Assembly: GCA_037446635.1 (NCBI GenBank)
Contig: JBBIIG010000008.1
Coordinates: forward strand, 1,219-53,083
Reading direction: 5' to 3'
Length of the DNA: 51,865 nt
From: a bacterium
Lineage (GTDB): Bacteria; Zhuqueibacterota; Zhuqueibacteria; Oceanimicrobiales; Oceanimicrobiaceae
Shown: piece by piece, positions 1-9,381 of the stretch
How positions within the stretch are numbered: position 1 is the first letter of the stretch
Layout: each line of letters starts with the position of its first letter
Position numbers and translations under genes: made by a program
Notes under the pieces: generated by a model
The model's database searches: none
Told to the model about the DNA's origin: nothing
Seen by the model: the letters and a program-made list of their open reading frames with translations, nothing else

Positions 1-182
1 AAGTACATGGTGCGCACCAGGTTGCCATCCATGATGCCCTTTTTCTTAAATTGAGCGTTGCCTTTGGCGTCGTTCAAATAGCGCTGCAGTTGTTCGTTGG
101 AAATCTGCGCCGGCGCTTGGGGCGAAAACAGCAGGCAGACAAACCCGAGGATCGCCATTAACCAGTTTTGTTTTCGAAACAT
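1..182 (-). CDS. 5' end of a conserved secreted hypothetical protein downstream of the TonB receptor (truncated by window edge)
   Basis: Manual translation from ATG at 182: MFRKQNWLMAILGFVCLLFSPQAPAQISNEQLQRYLNDAKGNAQFKKKGIMDGNLVRTMY..., open to the edge. Signal peptide present; AAGGAG RBS at ~193-198. Not in the ORF track. Confidence 0.8.
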   Translation of the reverse strand, partial: MFRKQNWLMAILGFVCLLFSPQAPAQISNEQLQRYLNDAKGNAQFKKKGIMDGNLVRTMY

Positions 183-213
183 GCTGAACAAACTCCTTCG
201 CTTTTGTTGCCCA

Positions 214-298
214 TGTCATTGCGAGGAAAGCGAAGCAATCTCCGTGTCCGGTGCGCAAATCATGGGATTACTTCGTGGCTTCGCTCCTCATAATGACA
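214..298. repeat. REP-like imperfect palindrome (TGTCATTGCGAGG...CGAAGCAATCT / GGGATTACTTCG...CCTCATAATGACA)
   Basis: Inverted arms visible; intergenic. Related half-copies start at 45348 and 47271. Confidence 0.75.
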
Positions 299-310
299 AC
301 TTTAGCTCCA

Positions 311-2956
311 TCAAAACTCAAAACTCATTCCCAAACGCACCTCGCGGGGGGTGGAGTACAACTGGGGATTATTGATGAAATCTTCAAAATCATTGAGGCC
401 GATGATCTCGCCGGCAAAACGCACGTTGAGATCGTAAGTGGCGCGGCCGGTGGTGGGGTACACCCCCAATTCATTTTTGCGATCGAACACGTTATAGACC
501 AAAAGAAACGTGCTGATGCGGGTGCGCAAAACATCGAATTTCTTTTCAACTCGCAAATCCACCGAGTGGGTGGCCGGCTTGCGGCCGTTGTTTTCGAAGC
601 GCACGTCGTTGCTGCGCTGGAAATCGCGAGTGTAAGGCATCCCGGAGCCGTAGTGGCCGATGACGCCGATGGACCAGTCGCGGAGGTTGCCCACCACAAT
701 TTCGGCGTTCAGGGTGGAACGTTGATCCCAGTCCAGCGGCACCACCTTCTTTTCGGATTCCACCGGCGGGTCGGTTTGATTGTCTTGAAATACTGCGCGC
801 GGATCCGAAGCGTTGCCCTCGGCGATCTGATAGGTGTAATCGAGCGATGCCCGGAAAAAATTCGAGTAGCGTTTTTCCAGCGACACAATGAAGCCGCGCA
901 CGTTGGCGTAATCGCGGTTGATGAAACGGGCGTATTTTTCTTTATCGTAGGTTTCGATGATCTCGGTGCCCAGCAGATTGCGAATGTCGCGGAAATAGCC
1001 GGTGATGTCCAGCACCACGTTGGGGAAAATCACCTGCTGCAAGCCCACTTCATACATCACGGTGCGCTCCGGCTCCAGGTCCGGGTTTCCGAGAATGGTA
1101 GAAAGGCCACGGCCGCGGGCAATGGCCCAGCTTTGTGAATTTTGATAGAGGTTTTCGAAGCGCGGAATCTGGAAGAAGTGGCCGTAGGAAAAATGAATCG
1201 CGCCCTGCTCAGAAATGGGGAACGAGCAGCCCAGCCGCGGACTGACCTGATATTTCACACTGGCGTCCTTTAGGCCCGAGGGAAAATTGGGATTGCCCTC
1301 CGGATTCTTCACATCGGCGGGCATGGTTGAGTTGGGATCAAAATAATCGAAGCGGACTCCGGCGTTAAAAATGAACCCCTTGTATTCAAATTTGTCCTGA
1401 AGATATGCCGCCAGCTCCCGAGGCCGCTTGGTATAGCGCTGGTTGAAGGCGGTGCCTTCGGCGGCGTAACCGAGCGTGAAGATTTCGTTGCCTTCGTCAT
1501 CAATCAGGCCCTCGCTCAAATTGCGAATCTCACGCCAGTGGTTAAAAATTTCGTGGGTGCGGAACTCCACCCCAGCGCCGACCCGATGTTCTTTGTTAAA
1601 TTGATTCTGCATTGACCACTGCGCAATAGTGGTGTGGGTGTAGCGGTCGTAGCGATCGCGCTGAATGCCACCGGAGCGGAAGGTGTAGCCCGAGAGCGGC
1701 AAGCCCTGATCGGGATTGACGTGACGAGAGTCGAACGGATCTTCAAAAACAAAGCCCTCGTAGTCGCTACGATTCATCGACAGCTTGAGGGTGTGAAACA
1801 AGCTTTGTGACACGCCGTGGGTGAGGATCACGTTGTGCAGCCAGTCGCGGCGGAAATGCGTCTGAATGCCGTCGGGGGTCCAACGGAAGAGATGATCGTA
1901 ATAGTGATTTTTGTTGTCGTCCCACATGCCAGAGTAGCTGAGCTTGAGACTGCGGGTTGGGTAGTAGGTCAGTTTCGCCTGCAGTGAATATTTGCGGTAA
2001 TCGTTCATGGGCACGTATTCGCGGTCGCCGCTGGGGGCGAAGGGATTGGAATCGGTGATATTGTAAACTCGGGTACCGAAAATTTGCCCGTCGTCTTTGA
2101 AATAGCGGCCGGTCAAAAAGAAGGTCATGCCCTTAAGTAGGGGAAGCGGGCCGCTCACCGTCGCCTGCAGATTTTGAAAGCCGGCGCCGTTCAACTGATC
2201 CGCGTGCTCGAAGATATCGTCGTGGCTGGTGATATAATTACCGGCGTACCCGGAAAAACTGCCTTCCAATTTGGACGAGCCGTCTTTGGTGACAATGTTC
2301 ACAATGCCGGACATGGCCTGGCCGTACTCGGCGTTGAAGGTGCCGCTGATCACCTCCATCTCGCGAATGGAGGTGTTTTCAATTTCCACCGCCACGGCGC
2401 CGTTGAAGGCGTCGGTCACCGAAAGGCCATCCACCAAATAGGCCACTTCGCCGCGCCGGCCGCCGCGGAAATGACCGTCCACCACCCCCGCCTGCAGGTT
2501 CACCACTTCGGTGAAACTCTCCACCGGAATTGCTTGAATTTCTTCCGAGGAAACCACCACCGAAGTGGAGGTCAAATCTTTCTGCACCAACGGCCGCTCG
2601 GCGGTGACCACCACTTCTTCGCCAACCGAGATGGCCTCCTGTTTGAGATTGAAATTCAGCTCCGTCGTCAGGTCGATGCTGACGCGCACTTTCTCCACCG
2701 TGAATTTGGAATAGCCCATCATCTGCGCGCTGACGCGGTAAAACCCCGGCGGCACGTTGTTAATGTAATAATATCCTTCCTGGTCAGCGGCGGCGCCCAT
2801 GAACGTGCCTTCGATCAAAACGTTGGCGCCCGGCAGCGGCTCGCCCGTGCTGGTGTCGCGGACGTAGCCGGCGATTTTGCCGGTGGTGCCCGCCAGCAGA
2901 AACGCCGACAGGCTCATGAGAATGATGAGCGTAACAAACAATATCAGCTTATTCAC
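311..2956 (-). CDS. TonB-dependent receptor with N-terminal carboxypeptidase-regulatory-like domain
   Basis: GTTGKIAG..D..TGEPLPGANV N-terminal domain; plug motifs (HFRGGR.GEV.Y.VDG, GTFNAEYGQAMSG); barrel ending in F. ORF extends to 2971, but GGAGG at 2965-2969 favours GTG at 2956. Confidence 0.92.
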   Translation of the reverse strand: MNKLILFVTLIILMSLSAFLLAGTTGKIAGYVRDTSTGEPLPGANVLIEGTFMGAAADQEGYYYINNVPPGFYRVSAQMMGYSKFTVEKVRVSIDLTTELNFNLKQEAISVGEEVVVTAERPLVQKDLTSTSVVVSSEEIQAIPVESFTEVVNLQAGVVDGHFRGGRRGEVAYLVDGLSVTDAFNGAVAVEIENTSIREMEVISGTFNAEYGQAMSGIVNIVTKDGSSKLEGSFSGYAGNYITSHDDIFEHADQLNGAGFQNLQATVSGPLPLLKGMTFFLTGRYFKDDGQIFGTRVYNITDSNPFAPSGDREYVPMNDYRKYSLQAKLTYYPTRSLKLSYSGMWDDNKNHYYDHLFRWTPDGIQTHFRRDWLHNVILTHGVSQSLFHTLKLSMNRSDYEGFVFEDPFDSRHVNPDQGLPLSGYTFRSGGIQRDRYDRYTHTTIAQWSMQNQFNKEHRVGAGVEFRTHEIFNHWREIRNLSEGLIDDEGNEIFTLGYAAEGTAFNQRYTKRPRELAAYLQDKFEYKGFIFNAGVRFDYFDPNSTMPADVKNPEGNPNFPSGLKDASVKYQVSPRLGCSFPISEQGAIHFSYGHFFQIPRFENLYQNSQSWAIARGRGLSTILGNPDLEPERTVMYEVGLQQVIFPNVVLDITGYFRDIRNLLGTEIIETYDKEKYARFINRDYANVRGFIVSLEKRYSNFFRASLDYTYQIAEGNASDPRAVFQDNQTDPPVESEKKVVPLDWDQRSTLNAEIVVGNLRDWSIGVIGHYGSGMPYTRDFQRSNDVRFENNGRKPATHSVDLRVEKKFDVLRTRISTFLLVYNVFDRKNELGVYPTTGRATYDLNVRFAGEIIGLNDFEDFINNPQLYSTPREVRLGMSFEF

Positions 2957-2993
2957 TGGGTAAACCTCCATTCGGAGATGTTTCGCTGTTAAT

Positions 2994-3032
2994 AAAACTC
3001 CGGGGTCTCTTCAGACCCCGGAGTTTTTTTTT
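2994..3032. terminator. Strong hairpin (intrinsic terminator or mRNA-stabilising stem-loop)
   Basis: AAAACTCCGGGGTCT-CTTC-AGACCCCGGAGTTTT, a perfect 15-bp stem with A/T tracts on both sides. Confidence 0.8.
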
Positions 3033-3051
3033 GTCTCCTCCTCAATCCAAT

Positions 3052-5634
3052 TTACTTCATAATGATCATTTTACGGGTCTGTGCAAACTCGCCCGATTTG
3101 ATGTTGTAAAAATAAAGTCCGGAAGCCAGACCCTTGGCGTCCAATTTGATGGCGTATTCTCCTGCCGGTTTGAACTCATCCACCAGCGTCCGCACCTTTT
3201 GACCCAACACGTTGAAGAGCGCGATGGTCACCTGGCCGGGTTTGGCCAGCGCATACTGGATGGTGGTGGTGGGGTTGAACGGATTGGGATAGTTCTGCGA
3301 CAGGCGGTAGGTGAAGGGAACGCTGGGTTCGCCTTCTGCCACGCCTACCGGCGTATCGAGGGCGCCTAACCAGGTGAACACCCAGCGCGACGGTGTTTGC
3401 CAGGAACGGTCTTCGTTGTAGGGCGAGAAGGTCATAATGCCTTCGCGGGGCGCGCCGTCGGCATCATTGATCGCAAAGTCGAGGGGGATGCGGTAACCTT
3501 CCACCGGCGAAAAGACCGCGTCGTTGCCAAACGAGGCAATGTGCGTCCAGCGAATGCGGGTTTCGATAGTGTAGCCGTTGATGAATTTTTCGCCCCAGAA
3601 GTAATCCGCGGAATCGGCCGTGAGCACGGTGACCCCAGCCAAATTATCCAGGATCGCTCTTCCTTTGTTGAAACGGAAATGATAGTCCGGCGCCGCGCCG
3701 CGATCATAGCCGCGGTGGGGTGCGCCGTGCCAGTTGTACAAACCAATAAACAGGTCTGCGCCGTCGTTGAGCCAGCTTTCCACCGCCACATCAGGAGATG
3801 TTACGTCGTCGGTAACGTCAAAAGCGATGTAGAGATAGTCCTGATCCACCGCCAGATAGGCCAGCACTGATAAATCTTCGTCATCCGTAACGGTGGTGTT
3901 GGTAACAATGGGCGCGCCTTCCGACGGGAACATGCGGAACGGGGTGATGTTGCTCCACTCGCTAAGATCGCCATCGGCCGCAAAATTGGGCGGCGGTGTA
4001 ATGGAAATGGTGACGATGCCTTTGGCGGTGTTGGTAACGGCGGCTTGAGTTGCCGTAACTTCCGAAACGTTGCCAACTTTGTCGGTGGCGGTGATGGCGT
4101 AGTAGTAGCTCACCTGCTTATCGTTGATGGGCGCCACCAGGCGGTGCTCGGCCACTTGATTATTTTCGAGCACGCCTAACGCCACCACTTCGGCGGTGGA
4201 AATGTCGGTGATGGGGGAAGCGCTGTAGTAGATATCATACTTTTCCCCCACTTCGCCCGGCACATCCTGCCAGGTGATGACGTTCACGTACTCGGTGGGC
4301 GCCACCAGCAGATTCTGCACGGCTTCCGGTGCGGTTACGTCGGTCTCGCGAAAACCGTAGAGTTCCATGTTGTCGAACAAAATCGTGCCGTTGGTTTCGC
4401 TGCCCTGGGTCACCGCCGAAAACTCGATGATGAACGCGCCAATCTTATCAAAATCTAATTTGCCATTTCCGGGCGGACCAGCCCAGCCGGGATTGGAAAA
4501 GCCCTCCGCGCTGGGGAAGGTGCCGACGCCCAAATCTTGCAGCGGCAGCAGCAGTTGCTGCCAGCCAGCATCGGCGTCCAGAATTCCGGGGATGGCCGAA
4601 TACCACACCTCCGGGTTGTCCGGACTATCGCTGAAATCGTGCAGCTCAATGCGCAGCGTGGCTTCGCCGGGGTTATTTTGTTTCACCAGGTTGTTGTACA
4701 TCAGGCTGATGTGGGTGAAGCCGCTCATATCCGGCAGCAGGGTGTCGTAGTTCACGGTGATGCTGGCATACCCGCCCCAGCTTTCGGTGGCCTGCACGAA
4801 CCAATCGAGCTGCGCCGCTGTGCCTTCGAAGGCGTCATCTGTGTTGTCGATGATGGCGATGGAGCTGGTGCCCGTGCCGGCAAAGGCGATGTTGGTATCG
4901 GAAGCCGCAGTCTCAAACAAGTGAATGACCGGGTTGCGGTGGCCCTTCAGCCGCAGCGCATCCCAGGAGACGACGCCGTTCGCTGTGCCCTCGCCATCAA
5001 TGACGGCGGAGGGCCACTCGATGCTAAAGCCCTGCACTTTGTCAAGGTCGAGCTTTTGATTGCCGCTGGTGCTGCCGCTCCAACCGGGCAGGGAGAAACC
5101 CTGGTTATTGGGCGCCGTGCCCACGGGATTCTCTATTTCTCGCAGAGGGATGAGCAGCTCCTGCCAGCCAGGGACGGTGTTATCGTACACCGCATTGGTT
5201 TCGAAATACCAGTCTTCCATCAGGGCGCCGCGGCCATCGGCGGCGTCGTGAATTTTGAAGCGCATGGTCACCTTGCCGGGCTGGCTGGAAGGCTGATGAT
5301 TGTTGAACATAATGCTGACGTACTCCGCCAGCGAAATGTCCAACAGGTTTTCCGCGTCATCCACCAGAAACTGAATCTGCAAAAATCCGCCCCAAGTTTC
5401 GGTGGTGTGCACCTGCCATTCGCATTTCAAAGCCGCATCCCCCTCGAAGGGGTCGGTGGGGTCGTCGGTCAGGCGCATGTAGGCTTTGCCGCCGGCCAGG
5501 GTGTCCAATCCCGTTCCAAAGAGAGTAAAATTGGCATCGGTCGCAAAGGTGTCAAAATTATTGAGCACTCGTTGCGCGCTGGCCGGTGCGGCGAACAGCG
5601 CCAGACTCAACGCCATCAAAACTAACTTTTTCAT
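3052..5634 (-). CDS. Secreted non-catalytic glycan-binding protein: two CBM-like repeats, Fn3-like, CBM9-like domain, T9SS/FlgD-type CTD
   Basis: Signal peptide MKKLVLMALSLALFAAPASAQ, RBS AAGGAGG at 5641-5647. Internal duplication (TETWGGF/TESWGGY, WQELLIPL/WQQLLLPL, GNQKLDLDKV/GNGKLDFDKI). ADGDLSEW..YLY.AFDVTDD..GYTIETRI resembles CBM9. [16 protein letters not shown]. Confidence 0.8.
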   Translation of the reverse strand: MKKLVLMALSLALFAAPASAQRVLNNFDTFATDANFTLFGTGLDTLAGGKAYMRLTDDPTDPFEGDAALKCEWQVHTTETWGGFLQIQFLVDDAENLLDISLAEYVSIMFNNHQPSSQPGKVTMRFKIHDAADGRGALMEDWYFETNAVYDNTVPGWQELLIPLREIENPVGTAPNNQGFSLPGWSGSTSGNQKLDLDKVQGFSIEWPSAVIDGEGTANGVVSWDALRLKGHRNPVIHLFETAASDTNIAFAGTGTSSIAIIDNTDDAFEGTAAQLDWFVQATESWGGYASITVNYDTLLPDMSGFTHISLMYNNLVKQNNPGEATLRIELHDFSDSPDNPEVWYSAIPGILDADAGWQQLLLPLQDLGVGTFPSAEGFSNPGWAGPPGNGKLDFDKIGAFIIEFSAVTQGSETNGTILFDNMELYGFRETDVTAPEAVQNLLVAPTEYVNVITWQDVPGEVGEKYDIYYSASPITDISTAEVVALGVLENNQVAEHRLVAPINDKQVSYYYAITATDKVGNVSEVTATQAAVTNTAKGIVTISITPPPNFAADGDLSEWSNITPFRMFPSEGAPIVTNTTVTDDEDLSVLAYLAVDQDYLYIAFDVTDDVTSPDVAVESWLNDGADLFIGLYNWHGAPHRGYDRGAAPDYHFRFNKGRAILDNLAGVTVLTADSADYFWGEKFINGYTIETRIRWTHIASFGNDAVFSPVEGYRIPLDFAINDADGAPREGIMTFSPYNEDRSWQTPSRWVFTWLGALDTPVGVAEGEPSVPFTYRLSQNYPNPFNPTTTIQYALAKPGQVTIALFNVLGQKVRTLVDEFKPAGEYAIKLDAKGLASGLYFYNIKSGEFAQTRKMIIMK

Positions 5635-5911
5635 GACCTTCCTCCTTACCAATCACAATCGAGGTTCAACGGCCGCCACTCAACCCTGAGGGCGCGCCGT
5701 TATTATCCGATGAGCACCTCCCTGGCCCGGCTCGAAACGACTCACAAACCATTCGTTCTTAGTCTGCGCAATCACCTCCTATCTTTGTCACCCCGGAGGT
5801 TCTTCTAATGAGTTTGCTAATCGGAAACCCTACCTTATCCGCAGGGGCGGATCCGCTTCGCGCAAAAGATTCCTCTGAATGACATTTCAGACAATTCGTG
5901 AATTATTCAAG

Positions 5912-7405
5912 TTAATTGAAAATTTCCCGGACGACAAACGGCATCGGGTCGCGGTCGATGATTTTTTCCGGAGTCTCTATCATTTTATTCAGCCGCGTGG
6001 AATCCACGGCGATTTCATAAACCTGCGCCAAACGATCGTGCTCGGCGATCTTCCATTGCGCCAATTTTAAATCCTGAATGATCTCGGAGACCTGTTCATC
6101 ACTTAACGGCGCGCCCATTCGATTCGTAATCGTCGTAATCGCTTTGAAATCATCGCTGCGTTTGAATTCCCAAATCTCGTCCTCGGAGATTTCTACACCA
6201 CGCAGTTGACGCTCCACATAAAACCGCGCCAGCGCCTGATCCTGCTGAATTTGAATTTCCGCCCGCACCTGCGGCGACTTGTGCAGGCCTTTTTTGCGAG
6301 CCTCGTTCGCCAAAAAATCATTTCGCACCGCCACGCCGATGGCGTCCTTAAGCTGCTGCGCCATATTGATCCGCGGCCGCATTCCTGCCGGCTGGTTGCG
6401 CATTTTTTCCAGAAACTCACCAACTGTGATCTGTCCACCGTCAAAAGTGGCGAGCACCTGCTGGTTCAACTCGGCGGCGTCGGAGGCCACCAGATGCAGC
6501 GCCGCGTCGGAAAGGTGGACGGGAATTAGTTCGGGCTGGGTTTCGTGGCGCGCCACCCGGGCGAACAGCTTTTCGAGCGCGAAAAAGACCTCGGGATTCA
6601 ACGTGAGATTTTTATCAAGCATCAAATCTTTGATGTAGCGGTTGGCGATGGGCGCGGCCTTGCGCTGGTAGATCACTTTCTGCAGTTTACTTTTTTGTTG
6701 CGCCAGTTCCATCTCCGAGATGAACTTCTCCACCGTGCCTTCCAGCAGTTGAATGACCATGTAGCCGTCGAGAATTTCGATGGGGCCGGCAACCGCGCCG
6801 GGTTTGAGGTTGAACACCACGGCCTCGATTTTCGGATCCAGGTCGCCGAAGCTCATCATGCGGGTGACGCCTTTGCGATCGTTCAACACTTCGGCCACGC
6901 GAATGGAATCGAACGGCGTGGTTTGCAACTGCTCCGCGTAGTAGCGGGCGAATTCCGCGACTCGGGTAAAAATGTAATTGAAGCGCACTTTCTTTTTGGA
7001 ATGGAGGTAGGCCTGCTGGTACTCCTCTTCGCTGATTTCCACTTTATCCGCCACCTCGATTTCATAGAGCGCTTTGTTCAGCTCCTTTTCTTCGATGAAC
7101 CGCAAGTAGCCTGCAATGGCCGGGTCGCGATGCAGTTCCAGCCGGCAGGCCTCGAGGGCGAACAGCTTCTCGTCGATGAGGTAATCCAATTGGTTGTGAT
7201 AAGCCTGTCGCCGGGTGAGACCGGCGCCCCACCTGGGCTGCAACTCGTAACTGCGGGCGAGTTGAGAGGCCGTGATGACGCGGTCGCCCACGGCGGCAAT
7301 AATCTGCTCTTTCGGCAAATCAGACGAGGTGCAGCTCACCCCGGTCAGCGCCGCGCAAATCAGAAATAGAGAGAGAATCGAAAATGCTCGGTTTTCAAAG
7401 CGCAT
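5912..7405 (-). CDS. SurA/PpiC-like peptidylprolyl isomerase or chaperone lipoprotein
   Basis: Lipobox-like LTGVSC; IIAAVGDRVIT..L SurA_N motif; FNLKPG.VAGPIE...GY.VI rotamase motif. The ORF-track TTG at 7453 lies in a sigma54 box, so ATG at 7405 is preferred. Confidence 0.75.
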   Translation of the reverse strand: MRFENRAFSILSLFLICAALTGVSCTSSDLPKEQIIAAVGDRVITASQLARSYELQPRWGAGLTRRQAYHNQLDYLIDEKLFALEACRLELHRDPAIAGYLRFIEEKELNKALYEIEVADKVEISEEEYQQAYLHSKKKVRFNYIFTRVAEFARYYAEQLQTTPFDSIRVAEVLNDRKGVTRMMSFGDLDPKIEAVVFNLKPGAVAGPIEILDGYMVIQLLEGTVEKFISEMELAQQKSKLQKVIYQRKAAPIANRYIKDLMLDKNLTLNPEVFFALEKLFARVARHETQPELIPVHLSDAALHLVASDAAELNQQVLATFDGGQITVGEFLEKMRNQPAGMRPRINMAQQLKDAIGVAVRNDFLANEARKKGLHKSPQVRAEIQIQQDQALARFYVERQLRGVEISEDEIWEFKRSDDFKAITTITNRMGAPLSDEQVSEIIQDLKLAQWKIAEHDRLAQVYEIAVDSTRLNKMIETPEKIIDRDPMPFVVREIFN

Positions 7406-7436
7406 GAGAAAAGATTGGATTGGACTCTTGAATTCT

Positions 7437-7453
7437 ATCAACTCTGATGCCAA
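7437..7453 (-). promoter_or_regulatory. sigma54-type -24/-12 promoter
   Basis: TTGGCATCAGAGTTGAT (GG-N10-GA), ~32 bp upstream of ATG 7405. Confidence 0.65.
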
Positions 7454-7622
7454 TATTCAGCATCTCGGACAATGCGACCGGCAATTGCTTGATTTGTGAA
7501 AAGTTACTCCACTGCGTAAGGAAATCTCAGCTAAACAGAACCAGCTTCTTTTTCTTAATTTTGATATTTTCTTTCTCAAAATCGAAAATGTCATTCAGCC
7601 TAAGCTATTCGTAAACCACTCA

Positions 7623-7689
7623 TAAACCGCCAAGAACGCAGAGTTGTTTTTTACTTTGAGTTGAATCGCTAAGCGTTCTCTGCGATGAA
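7623..7689. repeat. Degenerate inverted repeat of the AACCGC-AAG-AACGCAGAG family
   Basis: Left arm TAAACCGCCAAGAACGCAGAG, right arm GCGTTCTCTGCGATG; same family as 23444-23548. Confidence 0.5.
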
Positions 7690-7705
7690 CTATTCATGTC
7701 CGAGC

Positions 7706-9343
7706 TTAGAAGAATATCATCCACAAAATGAACACGCTTGCGGCCAGCACCGCCGAGAAAATCACATTCGATTTTCGCCATCGTGGGGTGCTTTCTTCCA
7801 AATTGAGCGGGGCGTTAGCCGACGCCTCTTTGGCGGTGGCTACCGTCAAGCCGGCAATTTTCTGTTTGATCGGCGGCGCCGTCAAGAAACTGACTACCAC
7901 CAGCACCCCCGCAGAGAACACAAACAAAAATATCGCGAAGTGCAAAAAGTTAACTTCGGCCAGGGTCTGCAAAAGCGGCGTCTCCACGTGTCCGGCTTTG
8001 TGGAGCAATTCCACCACCAGCCGCAGCGCCCCCAAAACCGCTCCGGAAATCAACGCCCAGATAGCACCCTGGCCGTTGACGCGCCCCCAGAACAAACCTA
8101 AAATAAACACCGCCGCAATGGGCGGACTGATGTACGCCTGCACGCTTTGCAAATAAATGTAAATCTGCGAGCTAAGATACTTGATGAACGGCACCCATAG
8201 AATGCCTAAAATCACCAGCGCGGTGGTGGCCAGCCGGCCCACAAATACCAGCTCGCGTTCCGACGAACGGGGACGAAGCTGCCGGTAAAAATCCATGGTG
8301 AAAAGGGTGGAGCTGCTGTTGAAGCAACTGGCCAGCGACGAAATCAGCGCCGCCAAAAGACTGGCCACCACGATGCCTTTGATGCCCACCGGCAGCAGCT
8401 TCCCCGAGACCAGCGCCGGGTAAGCAAAATCGGGGCGTTCGGAAAGGGGGCCGTTTCCCATTAACGCCACGGCGATGAGGCCGGGCAGCACCAGAATGAA
8501 CACCGGCAAAATTTTGAGAAAGCCGGCGAGAATGGTTCCGCTCTGAGCATGGTCGATGTTTTTCGCGCCCAACACCCGCTGCACGATGTATTGATCTGTG
8601 CACCAGTACCAGATGCCTAAAATGGGCGCGCCAAACACGATGCCAGTCCAGGGGAAATCCGGATCGGACATGGGCTTGAACATGCTGAAGAAATCGGCGG
8701 GGAGTTGCGCGCGCAAGCCGGAAAATCCGCCCACTTCCTTCAGCCCAAACAACGTGAGCGTCGTGGCGCCCAAAATCAGCACCGCGGATTGCAAAACATC
8801 CACGTGGACGATGGCGCGCAAACCGCCGGCCACCGTGTAAATTCCCGCCACGATTACCATCACAATCGCCGCGGTGGCGATATCCCAACCTAAAATCTGA
8901 TTGAGCAGCAAGCCGCCGGCAAACAAGGTCACAGAAATTTTGGTAAGGACGTAGGCAACAATAGAGACGCTGGTCAAGTACATGCGGCTGGATTTACTGT
9001 AGCGCCGTTCTAAAAATTCCGGCATGGTGAAGACGCCGGACTTCAAATAAAATGGTACGAAAAACCAGCCCAGCGCCAGAACGATGAGGCAGGCCAGCCA
9101 CTCGAAATGGCCCACGGCGAGACCGCGGGCGGCACCGGAGCCAGCCAATCCGATAAAATGCTCACTGGAGATGTTCGCCGCAAACAGCGACGCGCCCACG
9201 GCGATCCAGCCGGCTTTGCGGCCGGCCAAAAAGTAGTCGGCGCTGCTTTCTTCCCTTCTCGAAAAATAAAACCCCACGCTGAACAAGCCTGCAAAATAAA
9301 CCAGAATGCACATCACATCGAGAAGCGCCAGATTACCCAACAT
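7706..9343 (-). CDS. Sodium:solute symporter (SGLT-like sugar transporter)
   Basis: YFLAGR, ASLFAANISSEHFIGLAG, WYWCTDQYIVQR motifs and many TM helices. ATG 9343 has a GGAG RBS; the ORF extends to 9385. Confidence 0.92.
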   Translation of the reverse strand: MLGNLALLDVMCILVYFAGLFSVGFYFSRREESSADYFLAGRKAGWIAVGASLFAANISSEHFIGLAGSGAARGLAVGHFEWLACLIVLALGWFFVPFYLKSGVFTMPEFLERRYSKSSRMYLTSVSIVAYVLTKISVTLFAGGLLLNQILGWDIATAAIVMVIVAGIYTVAGGLRAIVHVDVLQSAVLILGATTLTLFGLKEVGGFSGLRAQLPADFFSMFKPMSDPDFPWTGIVFGAPILGIWYWCTDQYIVQRVLGAKNIDHAQSGTILAGFLKILPVFILVLPGLIAVALMGNGPLSERPDFAYPALVSGKLLPVGIKGIVVASLLAALISSLASCFNSSSTLFTMDFYRQLRPRSSERELVFVGRLATTALVILGILWVPFIKYLSSQIYIYLQSVQAYISPPIAAVFILGLFWGRVNGQGAIWALISGAVLGALRLVVELLHKAGHVETPLLQTLAEVNFLHFAIFLFVFSAGVLVVVSFLTAPPIKQKIAGLTVATAKEASANAPLNLEESTPRWRKSNVIFSAVLAASVFILWMIFF

Positions 9344-9381
9344 TTCGTCTCCTGCCTGCAATATAAAAAATGCTTCACAAC

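Noticed and set aside
5653..5911. Known riboswitch in the long leader
   Set aside because: No recognisable cobalamin, TPP, SAM, c-di-GMP or other conserved core by eye. An Rfam scan would be needed to exclude it.
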